Part shown: in pieces, positions 1-10,179 of the stretch
Position numbering within the stretch: position 1 is the stretch's first letter
Layout: each line of letters begins with the position of its first letter
Assembly: GCA_963790025.1 (NCBI GenBank)
Contig: CAWBMP010000004.1
Location: 800,001-864,000, forward strand
From: Nitrospirota bacterium
GTDB taxonomy: Bacteria; Nitrospirota; Thermodesulfovibrionia; Thermodesulfovibrionales; Dissulfurispiraceae
Length of the DNA: 64,000 nucleotides
Direction: 5' to 3'
Position numbers and translations under genes: made by a program
Notes under the pieces: generated by a model
What the model was told of the DNA's origin: nothing
Seen by the model: only the letters and a program-made list of their open reading frames with translations
Database searches by the model: none

Positions 1-1854
1 GAGCGTTTGGCAACCCTGGGGTGAAAAGTTTTGGTCTTTCGGGTCCAGCAGATGCAGGACTGCAATTTTCTTCAATGCGGAATGGGCCGCTTTGTAAATC
101 GGACTGTCCTTCATGGGATTTGTCGGTTTCTTCCTTTCGAGAATGCTCTTGACGCGTCCTTTGAAGATCAGGCTGTTGGTTGCGTCCACTGTGATTTCCT
201 CACCATGGGGAATGACCTTGGTCGCGTTGCCGGTGCCGACCAGGGTCGGCACCGAGAATTCTCTTGCCACCGACGCCATGTGTCCGGTCACGCTCCCGAC
301 ATCGGTGACAATGGCCTGCACCCTCCCGAGGATCGAGACATAGCGCGGGGAAGTCTCGGGAGCGATAAGGATCACCCCTTCGGGGATATTCAAAAGGTTG
401 TGCTCCGAATTGAGCACGTACGACAGGCCGCAGGCCTTACCCCTGGATGCGGTCATTCCGCCTTGAAGCAGGACCTTGTTACGCGGGAATTTTTTTCTGA
501 GAGTTGCAGTCTCCAGGCCATGATTTGCATCCTCACTCTGAGCAGACACAAGTTTCAGATTCAACGGCCTTGCCTGCAGCAGTACCACTTTATCATCACG
601 GCGCCTCATAGCCCATTCGATGTCAAGAGGCACCCCGTAGTGCTCCTCCAGTGTGAGACCGTATTCCACCAGTAACATGAGCTGTTCGCGATCAAGACAC
701 GGTTGCGTCCGAAGCTCTTGATCAACAGGGACTACTTCTATGCCCGCCTCTTCCCCAAGGGCCAGCATGGTATTTTTTTCAGCCGTTCTCGCAGTCAATA
801 TCTGCCTGTGCCCCTTCTCCACCTCGTAAAAGTCCGTTGCCGACGAGCCGTCCACGGCCCCCGCCAGTCCCCATACAGCATTGATCAGGATTACGTCCCT
901 CCGATGGTCGTTCGGGTCCCTCGTGTACATTACACCGCTAGCCTTCGCGCGCACCATGCCAAGGCACAGGACGCTCATGACCACGCATTCATCGGGATAT
1001 CCCTTGCCGCGGCGGTAGTAAATGGCAGTTGGATTGAAGGTGCTTGCTACGACTTCCTTATAAGCCCTCACAACGTTTTCCCTGTTTACCCCCAACACCG
1101 AGGAGTGCTGTCCTGCAAAGCTCGCTTCGGAATCTTCGCCCGTGGCGCTGCTTCGGACGGCGAGTCGGACTCCCGGCCCCAACTTATTCATCAGTGTATC
1201 CACTTCGGCCAGCATGCTCGTCTCCAGGTCAGGGGGAAGCGGCGCCTGCAGAATGCGTTCTTGTATTTTCCGGCTGCATGCGAGCAGCCATTCAGTGTTG
1301 TCCACGTCCAGGCCCTTCAGGAGCTTTTCGGATTCTGCGTATAGATTGTTGGAACTCATAAAATAATGGCAGGCGTATGCCGTGACCGCGAATCCAGGCG
1401 GGACCGGAAGGTGGACCCTGTTGGCAATCTCGCCCAGATTGGCCGCTTTACCGCCCACTTCAGAGATTTGCTCCAGACTCAGATATTGAAGCGGTATAGT
1501 GAGACCGGTTTTTTCGACCGTTCTTTTTTTCGCCAGGTCCTGCAGAATGTTAGCACCTATTCTTTCTGCAGAGTCCAACAGTTCCCCATATTTTCCGCCT
1601 GACATTGCGTTCAGTTCGCCGGCGATATTGCGCGTCTGCGAGAGAAGACGTTCCGTCTGATCGTAAATGGTATCCATAGAGAAAGGCTTGGTTCCGTAAC
1701 ATATCTGTTCGAGGTCGGTGATGATCTGCAATGCATGATTATTTCCAGCCAGAAGGTTTTGGAAATGCCCGTACTTCTCCTGGAAAGCAGTATTCCTTTC
1801 TTCACTGCTGTGAAAGAGTTTCGTCTTCCGCAGCATCTCCAAAAACTTCAGCAT
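1..1854 (-). CDS. PEP-utilizing enzyme / pyruvate,water dikinase-like protein, 3' end outside window
   Basis: Absent from the ORF track because it runs off the edge. Manual translation: MLKFLEMLRK... from ATG 1854 with GGAGG RBS; phospho-His domain AIVTDVGSVTGHMASVAREFSVPTLVG near 230-315. Confidence 0.85.
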   Translation of the reverse strand, partial: MLKFLEMLRKTKLFHSSEERNTAFQEKYGHFQNLLAGNNHALQIITDLEQICYGTKPFSMDTIYDQTERLLSQTRNIAGELNAMSGGKYGELLDSAERIGANILQDLAKKRTVEKTGLTIPLQYLSLEQISEVGGKAANLGEIANRVHLPVPPGFAVTAYACHYFMSSNNLYAESEKLLKGLDVDNTEWLLACSRKIQERILQAPLPPDLETSMLAEVDTLMNKLGPGVRLAVRSSATGEDSEASFAGQHSSVLGVNRENVVRAYKEVVASTFNPTAIYYRRGKGYPDECVVMSVLCLGMVRAKASGVMYTRDPNDHRRDVILINAVWGLAGAVDGSSATDFYEVEKGHRQILTARTAEKNTMLALGEEAGIEVVPVDQELRTQPCLDREQLMLLVEYGLTLEEHYGVPLDIEWAMRRRDDKVVLLQARPLNLKLVSAQSEDANHGLETATLRKKFPRNKVLLQGGMTASRGKACGLSYVLNSEHNLLNIPEGVILIAPETSPRYVSILGRVQAIVTDVGSVTGHMASVAREFSVPTLVGTGNATKVIPHGEEITVDATNSLIFKGRVKSILERKKPTNPMKDSPIYKAAHSALKKIAVLHLLDPKDQNFSPQGCQTL

Positions 1855-1986
1855 TTCACCCTCCGACTGTCATACGGCCGTGCAACACAATATTTATGAA
1901 CTTAAGCACTTAGCCATAATAACATGGAAAAAAGGATTTTACATACTCAATGCGAGGGCAGGTTTTCCGAGTAATGCTACAGTTTT

Positions 1987-2015
1987 TTGCAAAAAATGAA
2001 ATAAAATAGTAAACT
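1987..2015 (+). promoter_or_regulatory. sigma70-type promoter, probably leaderless
   Basis: TTGCAA-N17-TAAACT ending 7 nt before ATG 2023; no SD sequence. Confidence 0.5.
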
Positions 2016-2022
2016 GTTGTAA

Positions 2023-2466
2023 ATGCAGACTATCGTAGCGGAAGAATTATTTAAGAAAGGGTTGGAAGCGCTGGCCCAGGGCAGAATGCTTCCTGCGCTC
2101 GCCAGTTTTGAAAAAGCCCTGGAGCTTGAAGATAATCCGGCCTTCTATTCTTATTTAGCCTTATGTATCGCAAAGGAACGGGGACAAGTGAAGAAAGCAA
2201 TATCTCTTTGCGAAGAGGCGCTGAAGAAAGATGCTGACAACACATCACACTACCTCAACCTCGGCAAAATACTCCTCAACGCCGGCAACCAGGATGATGC
2301 GATTCGGGTGTTCAGGGGAGGCCTTAAACACGGGACCGACCCCCGGATAATAGATGAACTGCATAGGCTCGGCACGAGAAAACCTCCGGTCATGACCTTT
2401 TTAAATAGAAACAATCCGATCAATAAATATCTCGGCTTCATTTTCAAAATACTGAAGCTTAGGTGA
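2023..2466 (+). CDS. tetratricopeptide repeat protein
   Basis: TPR-like helices (ALASFEKALEL, YLNLGKILLNAG). Confidence 0.8.
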   Translation: MQTIVAEELFKKGLEALAQGRMLPALASFEKALELEDNPAFYSYLALCIAKERGQVKKAISLCEEALKKDADNTSHYLNLGKILLNAGNQDDAIRVFRGGLKHGTDPRIIDELHRLGTRKPPVMTFLNRNNPINKYLGFIFKILKLR

Positions 2467-2479
2467 CCAGCTGCAGTTG

Positions 2480-2508
2480 TTGACTGCATTATTTTCTCAT
2501 GATATGAT
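2480..2508 (+). promoter_or_regulatory. sigma70-type promoter of pdhA, probably leaderless
   Basis: TTGACT-N17-TATGAT ending 6 nt before ATG 2515. Confidence 0.6.
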
Positions 2509-2514
2509 TTACCC

Positions 2515-3570
2515 ATGTCTGAAAAAACTATAGAGTCAATAAGCGTCAATAGGCTCGAAATCCTCGATGAGAAAGGTGTTGCGGACACTTCGCTCATGCC
2601 TGCTTTGTCCGACGCCGAGATAAAGAAGATGTATGAATTGCTCGTCCTTGCAAGGATATTTGACGAGCGGGCCCTGAACATGCAGAGGGAAGGCAGGATA
2701 GGTACATATGCACCTATTCTGGGGCAGGAGGCTTCCCAGATCGGGAGCGCATGCGCCCTCGAAAAATCAGATTGGATATTCCCGTCATTCAGGGAGATGG
2801 GCGTTTATATAGCAGTGGGTTATCCTCTTCACATGCTTTTTCAGTACTGGGCCGGAGATGAAAGGGGGCTGATTACGCCGGCAGACTTAAATATCTTCCC
2901 CATATGCATCCCCGTGGGAACTCATATACCTCATGCAGCCGGAGCTGCCTTTGCAGCAAAGTACAAGGGAGATAAAATAGCTGTTGCCGCATATTTCGGG
3001 GACGGCGGCACATCAAAGGGCGATTTTCATGAGGCATTCAATATAGCGGGTGTATTCAAAGTCCCTGCTGTCTTTATCTGCCAGAACAATCAATGGGCAA
3101 TATCAGTGCCGAGAGCGAAACAGTCCGCAGCAAAAACCCTTGCTCAAAAGGCATACGCCTATGGCTTTGAAGGCATACAGGTGGACGGCAATGACATCTT
3201 TGCCGTTTATAAGGCAACAAAAGATGCAATAGAAAAAGCAAAACGAGGCAGCGGTCCGACCTTTATTGAATGCTTCACCTACAGGATGTCGCATCATACA
3301 ACGGCAGACGATGCTACGAGATACAGAAAGGAAGAGGAAGTTGAGTCATGGAAAGCTAAGGACCCGCTGTTAAGATTGATATTATTCATGGAAACAAAAG
3401 GGTTATGGACAGAGCAGTATAAGAAAGAGGTGGAAGATAAATCAAAAATTCTTGTGGACGATGCCGTTAAAAAGGCTGAATCAATAGAACCTTCGTTTCC
3501 GGGGGACATGCTTACTTATACCTGCGACAAGCTGACACCCAGGCAGACAAAGCAGATAAGGGATTTCTGA
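2515..3570 (+). CDS. pdhA: pyruvate/2-oxoacid dehydrogenase E1 alpha subunit
   Basis: GQEA, TPP motif GDGGTSKGDFHE...NN, YRMSHHTTADD. Confidence 0.92.
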   Translation: MSEKTIESISVNRLEILDEKGVADTSLMPALSDAEIKKMYELLVLARIFDERALNMQREGRIGTYAPILGQEASQIGSACALEKSDWIFPSFREMGVYIAVGYPLHMLFQYWAGDERGLITPADLNIFPICIPVGTHIPHAAGAAFAAKYKGDKIAVAAYFGDGGTSKGDFHEAFNIAGVFKVPAVFICQNNQWAISVPRAKQSAAKTLAQKAYAYGFEGIQVDGNDIFAVYKATKDAIEKAKRGSGPTFIECFTYRMSHHTTADDATRYRKEEEVESWKAKDPLLRLILFMETKGLWTEQYKKEVEDKSKILVDDAVKKAESIEPSFPGDMLTYTCDKLTPRQTKQIRDF

Positions 3571-3571
3571 T

Positions 3572-4546
3572 ATGCCGGGGAACTCAAAAAAAATCAATAT
3601 GGTTCAGGCAATAAACCTTGCGCTCCGGGAAGAGATGCAAAGGGATAAAAACGTTGTCATACTCGGAGAGGATGTCGGCGTAGACGGGGGCGTGTTCCGC
3701 GTTACGGACGGCCTGCTGAAAGAGTTCGGCGCCGAAAGAATTGTGGACACACCCCTTGCAGAATCCGGCATCGCCGGCATTGCCATAGGAATGGCCATAT
3801 ACGGATTAAGACCCGTTGCGGAAATACAATTTATGGGTTTTATCTATGCTGCTGTAGAACAGATATACTCTCATGCGGCAAGGATTCGCTCGCGCTCCCG
3901 GGGGAGATACACCTGCCCAATTGTAATTAGGACCCCTTATGGCGCTGGGATAAAGCCACCGGAACTCCATTCCGAAAGTGCAGAGGCGTTGTTCTGCCAC
4001 ATGCCGGGGATAAAGGTCGTTGTGCCGTCAACGCCTTACAATGCAAAAGGTCTGTTGATCTCATCCATACGGGACCCTGATCCCGTGATATTCCTTGAGT
4101 CAACAAGACTCTATCGCCTCATAAAAGAAGAGGTGCCGGAAGGCGATTATACCATTCCTCTCGGCAAGGCACGAATAGTCCAGGAAGGCAAAGACATTAC
4201 GGTTATTGCATGGGGCAGCATGCTCCACAGGGCGCTTCAGGCAGCGGAAGGCTTTGACGCAGAGGTGGTAGATTTAATGACATTGAGCCCCTTTGATGAG
4301 GAAACAATATTCAGGTCAGTGAAAAAAACAGGCAGGGTTGTGATCGTGCACGAAGCGCCTAAAACATCCGGGTTTGGCGCGGAAATCTCGGCAACAATTG
4401 CAGAAGATGCAATGTTCTATATGAAGGCGCCTATAATGAGGGTCACAGGCTATGATGCTATTGTGCCCCTCCCCAAACTCGAGGACTTCTATATGCCTTC
4501 CATAGCACGAATAAAAAAGGCCCTCGAAGAAGTAATGAAATACTAA
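3572..4546 (+). CDS. pdhB: pyruvate/2-oxoacid dehydrogenase E1 beta subunit
   Basis: GEDVGVDGGVFRVT, DTPLAE, EIQF, ELHSE. Confidence 0.92.
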   Translation: MPGNSKKINMVQAINLALREEMQRDKNVVILGEDVGVDGGVFRVTDGLLKEFGAERIVDTPLAESGIAGIAIGMAIYGLRPVAEIQFMGFIYAAVEQIYSHAARIRSRSRGRYTCPIVIRTPYGAGIKPPELHSESAEALFCHMPGIKVVVPSTPYNAKGLLISSIRDPDPVIFLESTRLYRLIKEEVPEGDYTIPLGKARIVQEGKDITVIAWGSMLHRALQAAEGFDAEVVDLMTLSPFDEETIFRSVKKTGRVVIVHEAPKTSGFGAEISATIAEDAMFYMKAPIMRVTGYDAIVPLPKLEDFYMPSIARIKKALEEVMKY

Positions 4547-4547
4547 C

Positions 4548-4584
4548 AAGGCTAAAGGCACCCTTAACCCTTTGCCTTTTGCCC
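4548..4584. repeat. short 7-mer periodic inverted repeat
   Basis: AAGGCTA AAGGCAC followed by CCTTAAC CCTTTGC CTTTTGC CC in the pdhB-pdhC spacer. Confidence 0.5.
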
Positions 4585-4609
4585 ATCTTTTATTTATTGG
4601 AGGTTTGTC

Positions 4610-5812
4610 GTGCCATTCGATTTTAAATTACCGGACCTGGGTGAAGGCATAACAGAGGGGGAGATAAGAAAATGGCTTGTTAAGGAAGGCGATTCCGTGG
4701 AGGAGCACCAGAACGTACTTGAGATAGAGACAGACAAGGCAATCGTCGAAGTCCCTTCTCCCAAGGCTGGAAGGATAGTGAAAATCAACACGGGAGAGGG
4801 AGACACAGCAAAGGTCGGCGACGTACTGATGTCCATTGCGGAAAAAGGCGAAGCTATAGAGGAAAAAGCTAAAGTTGCGCCCACTCCTCAAGAGCGGCCG
4901 AAATCGGTATCTGTTGTCGGTGTCCTTCCGGAAGCAGAAGAGGAAGAGGAAAAAGATGAGGTGCTTGCAGCGCCTGCTGCGCGCGCTATTGCGAAGGAAA
5001 TGGGAATAGAAATCGAGTCAGTCCTGGGTACGGGTCCTGGCGGAAGCGTCATGCCCGAGGATGTCAGAAATGCTGCCGGAGCTGCACAAAAAACAGAGGA
5101 CCGCTATGGGCCTTCCGAAAGAGTTCCATTGAGAGGCTTGCGGAAGACTATTGCTAAAAACCTCATTACCGCCCAGAAAACCACCGCGTTTGTCACAGGA
5201 ATGGAAGAGGCCGATGTTACAGAGTTGTGGGACCTCAGGGAACGTGAGAAAAAAGCGATGCTTGAAAAGGGAGTTCACCTTACCCTCCTTCCTTTTGTCA
5301 TCAAGGCAGTGCACCATGCCCTCGGGGAACACCCTATGCTCAACGCCTCGATTGACGACGAGAAGGATGAGATCATTATCAAAAAGTACTATAACATTGG
5401 TATTGCTGTCGATACCCCCGAAGGTCTTATGGTCCCGGTAATACAGGGGGCTGACAAAAAAACTATCCTCGATCTTTCTCTTGAAATTCAGTCGTTGAGC
5501 GTAAAAGCACGGGACCGAAAAATAAAAATAGAAGAGATGAAAGGGGGCACCTTCACAATTACGAATTATGGACACTTCGGCGGGACCTTTGCGACCCCAA
5601 TAATCAACTATCCCGAGGTCGCCATTCTCGGGACAGGAAGAGTTTCAGAGAAACCGTGGGTCAAGGGCGGCAGCATCGTTATAAGAAGAATTCTCCCACT
5701 GTCTTTGACCTTCGATCATAGGGTGACTGACGGCGTTGATGCGTCACGGTTCCTCAACAGGGTCGTCACGTATCTCGAAGACCCGGCATTACTTTTCATA
5801 GAGAGTGCATGA
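4610..5812 (+). CDS. pdhC: dihydrolipoamide acyltransferase E2
   Basis: One lipoyl domain (ETDKA), E3-binding domain (PAARAIAKE...GTGPGG), catalytic DHRVTDG. Confidence 0.92.
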   Translation: MPFDFKLPDLGEGITEGEIRKWLVKEGDSVEEHQNVLEIETDKAIVEVPSPKAGRIVKINTGEGDTAKVGDVLMSIAEKGEAIEEKAKVAPTPQERPKSVSVVGVLPEAEEEEEKDEVLAAPAARAIAKEMGIEIESVLGTGPGGSVMPEDVRNAAGAAQKTEDRYGPSERVPLRGLRKTIAKNLITAQKTTAFVTGMEEADVTELWDLREREKKAMLEKGVHLTLLPFVIKAVHHALGEHPMLNASIDDEKDEIIIKKYYNIGIAVDTPEGLMVPVIQGADKKTILDLSLEIQSLSVKARDRKIKIEEMKGGTFTITNYGHFGGTFATPIINYPEVAILGTGRVSEKPWVKGGSIVIRRILPLSLTFDHRVTDGVDASRFLNRVVTYLEDPALLFIESA

Positions 5813-7218
5813 ACGTCCCCAAAGCTCTTGATCCTCTCTTCCGGCCCCAAAGCATCATACTTATAGGTGCAGCCCAGTCAGAGGAAAAACTTGGCGGGAT
5901 AATACTCAAAAATCTCCTCCGTTACAGAGGCGGAATCTACCCTGTAAACCCAAAATATAATCAACTGCTGGGAATAAAGTCATATCCGTCAGTGAAAGCA
6001 ATAAGCGAGCTTTCTGAATTCAGCAGAGGAGCGATCAATCTGGCAATAATTATAAGGCCGGCTTCCGAGGTACCGGGAATTTTGAGGGAGTTGCAACCGT
6101 GTACAAAAACAGCCATCATAGTGAGTTCAGGTTTTTCCGAGATCGGACAGGCCGGGCTGCAGGATGAGGTTAAAAATATCGGGAAAGAAACAGGCATTCG
6201 CCTGCTGGGACCTAACTGCCTGGGCGTTTACAATGCCCACAAAAAGCTTGATACCCTTTTTATCAGTCGTGAGAAACTTGGAAGACCCAAAAAAGGCAAT
6301 GTCGCAGTGCTCTCACAGAGCGGCGCCGTGATGGCCTGTCTTTTCGGGGCGATACGGTCGTCAAACACCGGAATCTCAAAAGCAGTAGGCTATGGCAATG
6401 CAGTTGATATCGACGAATCTGATTTTTACGATTACCTTGCCCTGGACCCTCATACCGATATTGTTATATCGTATCTTGAGTCGTTGGGTGACGGAAGAAA
6501 ATTCATTAAGGCCGCAAGGTCCCTTTCGGACAAGAAAACACTGCTTGTTCTTAAATCGGGCAAAGGCTTCAGTGGGCAGGCCGCAGCCTTTTCACACACG
6601 GGCAGGCTTGCGGGAAGGTATGAAGTATTCAGCTCTATCCTGAGACAGTTCGGCATCAAAGAGGCCGTTGATTTAGAAGACCTCGTAGATGGAGCAAAAG
6701 CGCTTTCCTATCAGAAACCCGCTAGACCTCATAATGAGGATGGACCCCTAAAAAAGGAAGCCTTTCCGGGGCGGGCACGGGTCTGTATCGTGACAAACGG
6801 GGGCGGCTCCGGGGTGCTTGCCGCCGACGAGTGCACAAGACAGATGCTGGATGTCGTAAAGGTGTCTGAAGAAAAGGTCAAAAAGCTGAGGGACGTGTTT
6901 CCGCCTTTTTATCCAATGAGCAATCCCATTGACCTAACCGCCCAGGTAAAGGATACCGATTATGCTGCGGTACTCGAAATGCTGAAGGACGATTATGACG
7001 GATTTGTTATTATAGCTTTGACCGCAGTAACAGGTGTTACCACCGCACTGGCGGGCCTTATAAGAGATTTCAAAGAGAGTTCAGGCAAAGCAGTGGTACT
7101 TTACACTGATCCCGGTCGCGCCTCACGGTCCATGACAGCACTCTTTGAAAAGGCCGGGATACCGGTCTACCCTTCCCCTGAAAGGGCGGTAAGGGGATTA
7201 AAGGCACTGCTCTTTTGA
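5809..7218 (+). CDS. ADP-forming acetate/acyl-CoA ligase alpha subunit
   Basis: CoA-binding domain, GPNCLG, SQSG, phospho-His SHTG, NPIDLT; ATGA overlap with pdhC. Confidence 0.88.
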   Translation: MNVPKALDPLFRPQSIILIGAAQSEEKLGGIILKNLLRYRGGIYPVNPKYNQLLGIKSYPSVKAISELSEFSRGAINLAIIIRPASEVPGILRELQPCTKTAIIVSSGFSEIGQAGLQDEVKNIGKETGIRLLGPNCLGVYNAHKKLDTLFISREKLGRPKKGNVAVLSQSGAVMACLFGAIRSSNTGISKAVGYGNAVDIDESDFYDYLALDPHTDIVISYLESLGDGRKFIKAARSLSDKKTLLVLKSGKGFSGQAAAFSHTGRLAGRYEVFSSILRQFGIKEAVDLEDLVDGAKALSYQKPARPHNEDGPLKKEAFPGRARVCIVTNGGGSGVLAADECTRQMLDVVKVSEEKVKKLRDVFPPFYPMSNPIDLTAQVKDTDYAAVLEMLKDDYDGFVIIALTAVTGVTTALAGLIRDFKESSGKAVVLYTDPGRASRSMTALFEKAGIPVYPSPERAVRGLKALLF

Positions 7219-7334
7219 ACTAACCCATTACCAACAATGTTGAATTATGATAGTTTTTTCCCTACAGCTATGGTACGATAGTTAAGAAAATGTGGAGCTT
7301 ATTTAAACAAGAAACAGAGAGCAAGTGAAAGAAA

Positions 7335-8177
7335 ATGAATGATTCTTTACGGCTGTTTGTCCAGAATATAACCAAAATCCCGACCCTGCCCCTTATAGCC
7401 CACGAAATATTAGGCATGGTGGAAGACGATCTTATGTCCGTGGAAAAATTGGAACGGATTGTGAACAAAGACCCGGCCATTTCAGCCAAGATTGTGGGCT
7501 TCTCCAATGCGGCCTTTTTTGGATACAAGACACATCATGCAACAGTAGCAAATGCAATCCAGAAGATGGGATTCACCAATGTGAAGAATATCGCGCTCGG
7601 AATATCTTTAATGACCATCTTCAATAACAAGCAGCACGAGTATGACTATAATTACGGCAGGATCTACAGACACTCCATTGCAACGGGATTTGTTGCAAAA
7701 TTCCTGGCAGAACACTTAAGGCTCAAGGAGGAAGACGATCTCTTTTTAAGCGGGATACTCCACGATTTTGGGTTGTTGCTGCTGACTCGTTATTTTCCCG
7801 ACCTCTCCCGCAAAGTTGAAGAAACCGCAAGAGACTGTAAGGACCTGCTTGAGGCGGAAACACGCGTTTTAGGCTTCACACACGGAGAGATCGGAGCGTG
7901 GCTTGCGGATACGTGGAACCTGCAGGAGACATTACGCGAAGTCATTCTGCATCATCACACTCCCTCCCTCGCGGGCAAACACAAGCAGCGGGTTGCGATT
8001 ATTCACCTCGCCGATTATATTACGTGCAGACGGTTCTTTTGCATGACCGGAGACAAGTCCTATTGTGCCCTGGACCCCCTCGCATTCTTCCTTATTCATA
8101 TGCCTGAAAAAAATTTCGACGATATCGAGTCGGAAATTCCGGACGATATGTTCGCAAACGGAATATTCACATCATGA
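7335..8177 (+). CDS. HDOD domain protein
   Basis: IPTLP, DPAISAKIV..SNAAFFG, HS, GILHDFG, H.EIGAWLA..W. Confidence 0.9.
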   Translation: MNDSLRLFVQNITKIPTLPLIAHEILGMVEDDLMSVEKLERIVNKDPAISAKIVGFSNAAFFGYKTHHATVANAIQKMGFTNVKNIALGISLMTIFNNKQHEYDYNYGRIYRHSIATGFVAKFLAEHLRLKEEDDLFLSGILHDFGLLLLTRYFPDLSRKVEETARDCKDLLEAETRVLGFTHGEIGAWLADTWNLQETLREVILHHHTPSLAGKHKQRVAIIHLADYITCRRFFCMTGDKSYCALDPLAFFLIHMPEKNFDDIESEIPDDMFANGIFTS

Positions 8178-9487
8178 GCGAACAGATTTTTTTGCGGTGG
8201 CTGCAGCGTTTTCTCTCTGATAAAGGACATCCGCCTGTTTCTTTTGAAGGGCTTTCATCAGCCGAGGTCAACATCGCCAAGCAGGTCGAGAAAGAGTTCA
8301 GAGAAGCCGATACTCTCAAAAAATATTCGAATATATTCCTTAATACACTCGACAGCAGTGAGCATTTCTCTCAAGTTGCAATAGGGGCGTTGTCTGCATT
8401 CATCAAAATCGGACATCTCGGAGAGACTGTCAGGGACATTAATGTTTTTGGGCGGGAAATGGCGGAAATATTTACACGTGAATTAGGACTTGAATACTGC
8501 TCGATACTGATGAAACATCCCGACACGGGTAAGCTTAGACTGGCAGGCGGCAGCGCTGCAGTATACAAATACCTCTCAGCGGGAAAGAGAAGAAAATACA
8601 AGGCGCCAACCGGTGACGGCTTAAAAAATATAGCTCGCCATGTTGTCGGCTCTGGCGATTATATCTTTATTCCGGATGTTACGGTTGATGAAAGGTGTTC
8701 CCATACGGTTGACGCGAGCCTCGGGATTACTGCACTTCTCTCGTCACCTGTCAAGAGCGGAAGCGGGATACTCGGTGTCGTCAACTGCGGCCATTCCAGC
8801 CCCAATGTATTCGACAAAAACAAGATCAACCTCATTCTGCTCCTGTCAAATTTTGCAGGACAGGTAATGACGCTTATTACTCTGCAGAACATGATGTCCG
8901 AATGGAAAGAAACATTGAAAGCCGAAGTGCAGAATAAAACCGCTGAATTGCGGAGTAAAAATGCAAAACTCCACAAGCTTGCCATCACCGATGCTTTGAC
9001 AAATCTATACAACCGGCGTTTTTTCTTTACCAGGCTTGAGGAGGAATTCTCGAGAATGCTCAGATATAATGAGCAGTTCGCCCTGCTTGTGATAGACCTC
9101 GACAACCTGAAATATATCAACGACACCTACGGGCATGTCGGGGGCGACAAGGTAATCCGGCACATCTCCCGATTCATGAAAAAATCAGTCAGAAGAGGTG
9201 ATGTCATAGGGAGAATCGGCGGCGACGAGTTCGGCTATATAATGCTCGACGCCGATGAGGAAATTGCTTCCCATTTCTCGGTTCGCCTGCAGGAGTCCCT
9301 CGCGCGGGAAACCTTCAGGGGAATAAAAAATAAGCCTACCCTGAGCATCGGCATCGCAGCGGTCGCAAATCATAAATTTAAGAAATACGAAGACATTTAC
9401 AAAGCCGCGGACGATGCGCTTTATGAGGCAAAGAATAAAAAAGACTCCATCTGTATTTTCGGTAAAACATCAAGAAGGAAGCGTTGA
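8174..9487 (+). CDS. GAF-GGDEF diguanylate cyclase
   Basis: TDALTNLYNRR, DLDNLK, RRGD...GGDEF; GAF-like middle region; overlaps HDOD stop. Confidence 0.9.
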   Translation: MSEQIFLRWLQRFLSDKGHPPVSFEGLSSAEVNIAKQVEKEFREADTLKKYSNIFLNTLDSSEHFSQVAIGALSAFIKIGHLGETVRDINVFGREMAEIFTRELGLEYCSILMKHPDTGKLRLAGGSAAVYKYLSAGKRRKYKAPTGDGLKNIARHVVGSGDYIFIPDVTVDERCSHTVDASLGITALLSSPVKSGSGILGVVNCGHSSPNVFDKNKINLILLLSNFAGQVMTLITLQNMMSEWKETLKAEVQNKTAELRSKNAKLHKLAITDALTNLYNRRFFFTRLEEEFSRMLRYNEQFALLVIDLDNLKYINDTYGHVGGDKVIRHISRFMKKSVRRGDVIGRIGGDEFGYIMLDADEEIASHFSVRLQESLARETFRGIKNKPTLSIGIAAVANHKFKKYEDIYKAADDALYEAKNKKDSICIFGKTSRRKR

Positions 9488-9522
9488 ATGTCAAATTATG
9501 GATCTGTTCTCAATAATTCAAC

Positions 9523-10161
9523 ATGTTAATATCCCTGGATGAAATTGTCATAATCGAGCATAAGGCGAAGGAATACCTCAGGGAACAGGGATTGCCGGTA
9601 CCCCGCGGAAAATTGTTCAAGGCCGGTTCTACGCCGTCTTCAGACGGCATGACATACCCGCTAGTTGCAAAAGTTTCATCAGAAAACATACTATCGAAGA
9701 GCGACATCGGCGGCGTAAGGGCTGGGATCACAAATGAAGAAGATCTTAAGCAGGCGGTTGCCGGGCTTATGGAGATAAAGGGGGCTGAAGGGGTCCTGGT
9801 TGAGGAAATGGCCCCTCCAGGCATCGAAGTGATAATCGGAGGAATCATTGACCCGCAGTTCGGCCCTGTCATTATGTTCGGTCTCGGCGGCATCTATGTG
9901 GAGTTGTTCAAAGATGTCGCTTTCGGCCTGGCCCCCCTCGACGAAAAAGATGCCAAATGGCTTATAGGACAAATTAAAGGCCGCAGACTTTTAGAAGGCT
10001 ATAGGGGCTGCCCTCCTGGAGATACCGGTGCACTCGTAAGCATTATGGTCACCGTCTCGCAGTTGATGGCAGCCGGCCGTATCAGGGAAATCGACCTGAA
10101 TCCAGTCGCCCTCTATTCCTCAGGAGCGATGATTCTCGATGCAAAGATTTCCCTTCTTTAG
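9523..10161 (+). CDS. ADP-forming acyl-CoA ligase beta subunit (ATP-grasp)
   Basis: EHKAK, YPLVAKV, KSDIGGV, DPQFGPVIMFGLGG, EIDLNP. Confidence 0.88.
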   Translation: MLISLDEIVIIEHKAKEYLREQGLPVPRGKLFKAGSTPSSDGMTYPLVAKVSSENILSKSDIGGVRAGITNEEDLKQAVAGLMEIKGAEGVLVEEMAPPGIEVIIGGIIDPQFGPVIMFGLGGIYVELFKDVAFGLAPLDEKDAKWLIGQIKGRRLLEGYRGCPPGDTGALVSIMVTVSQLMAAGRIREIDLNPVALYSSGAMILDAKISLL

Positions 10162-10179
10162 TGCCTGCAATAAAACAGT

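Noticed and set aside
31..1602. Several plus-strand ORFs up to 214 aa
   Set aside because: Antisense shadows of the minus-strand PEP-utiliser gene.
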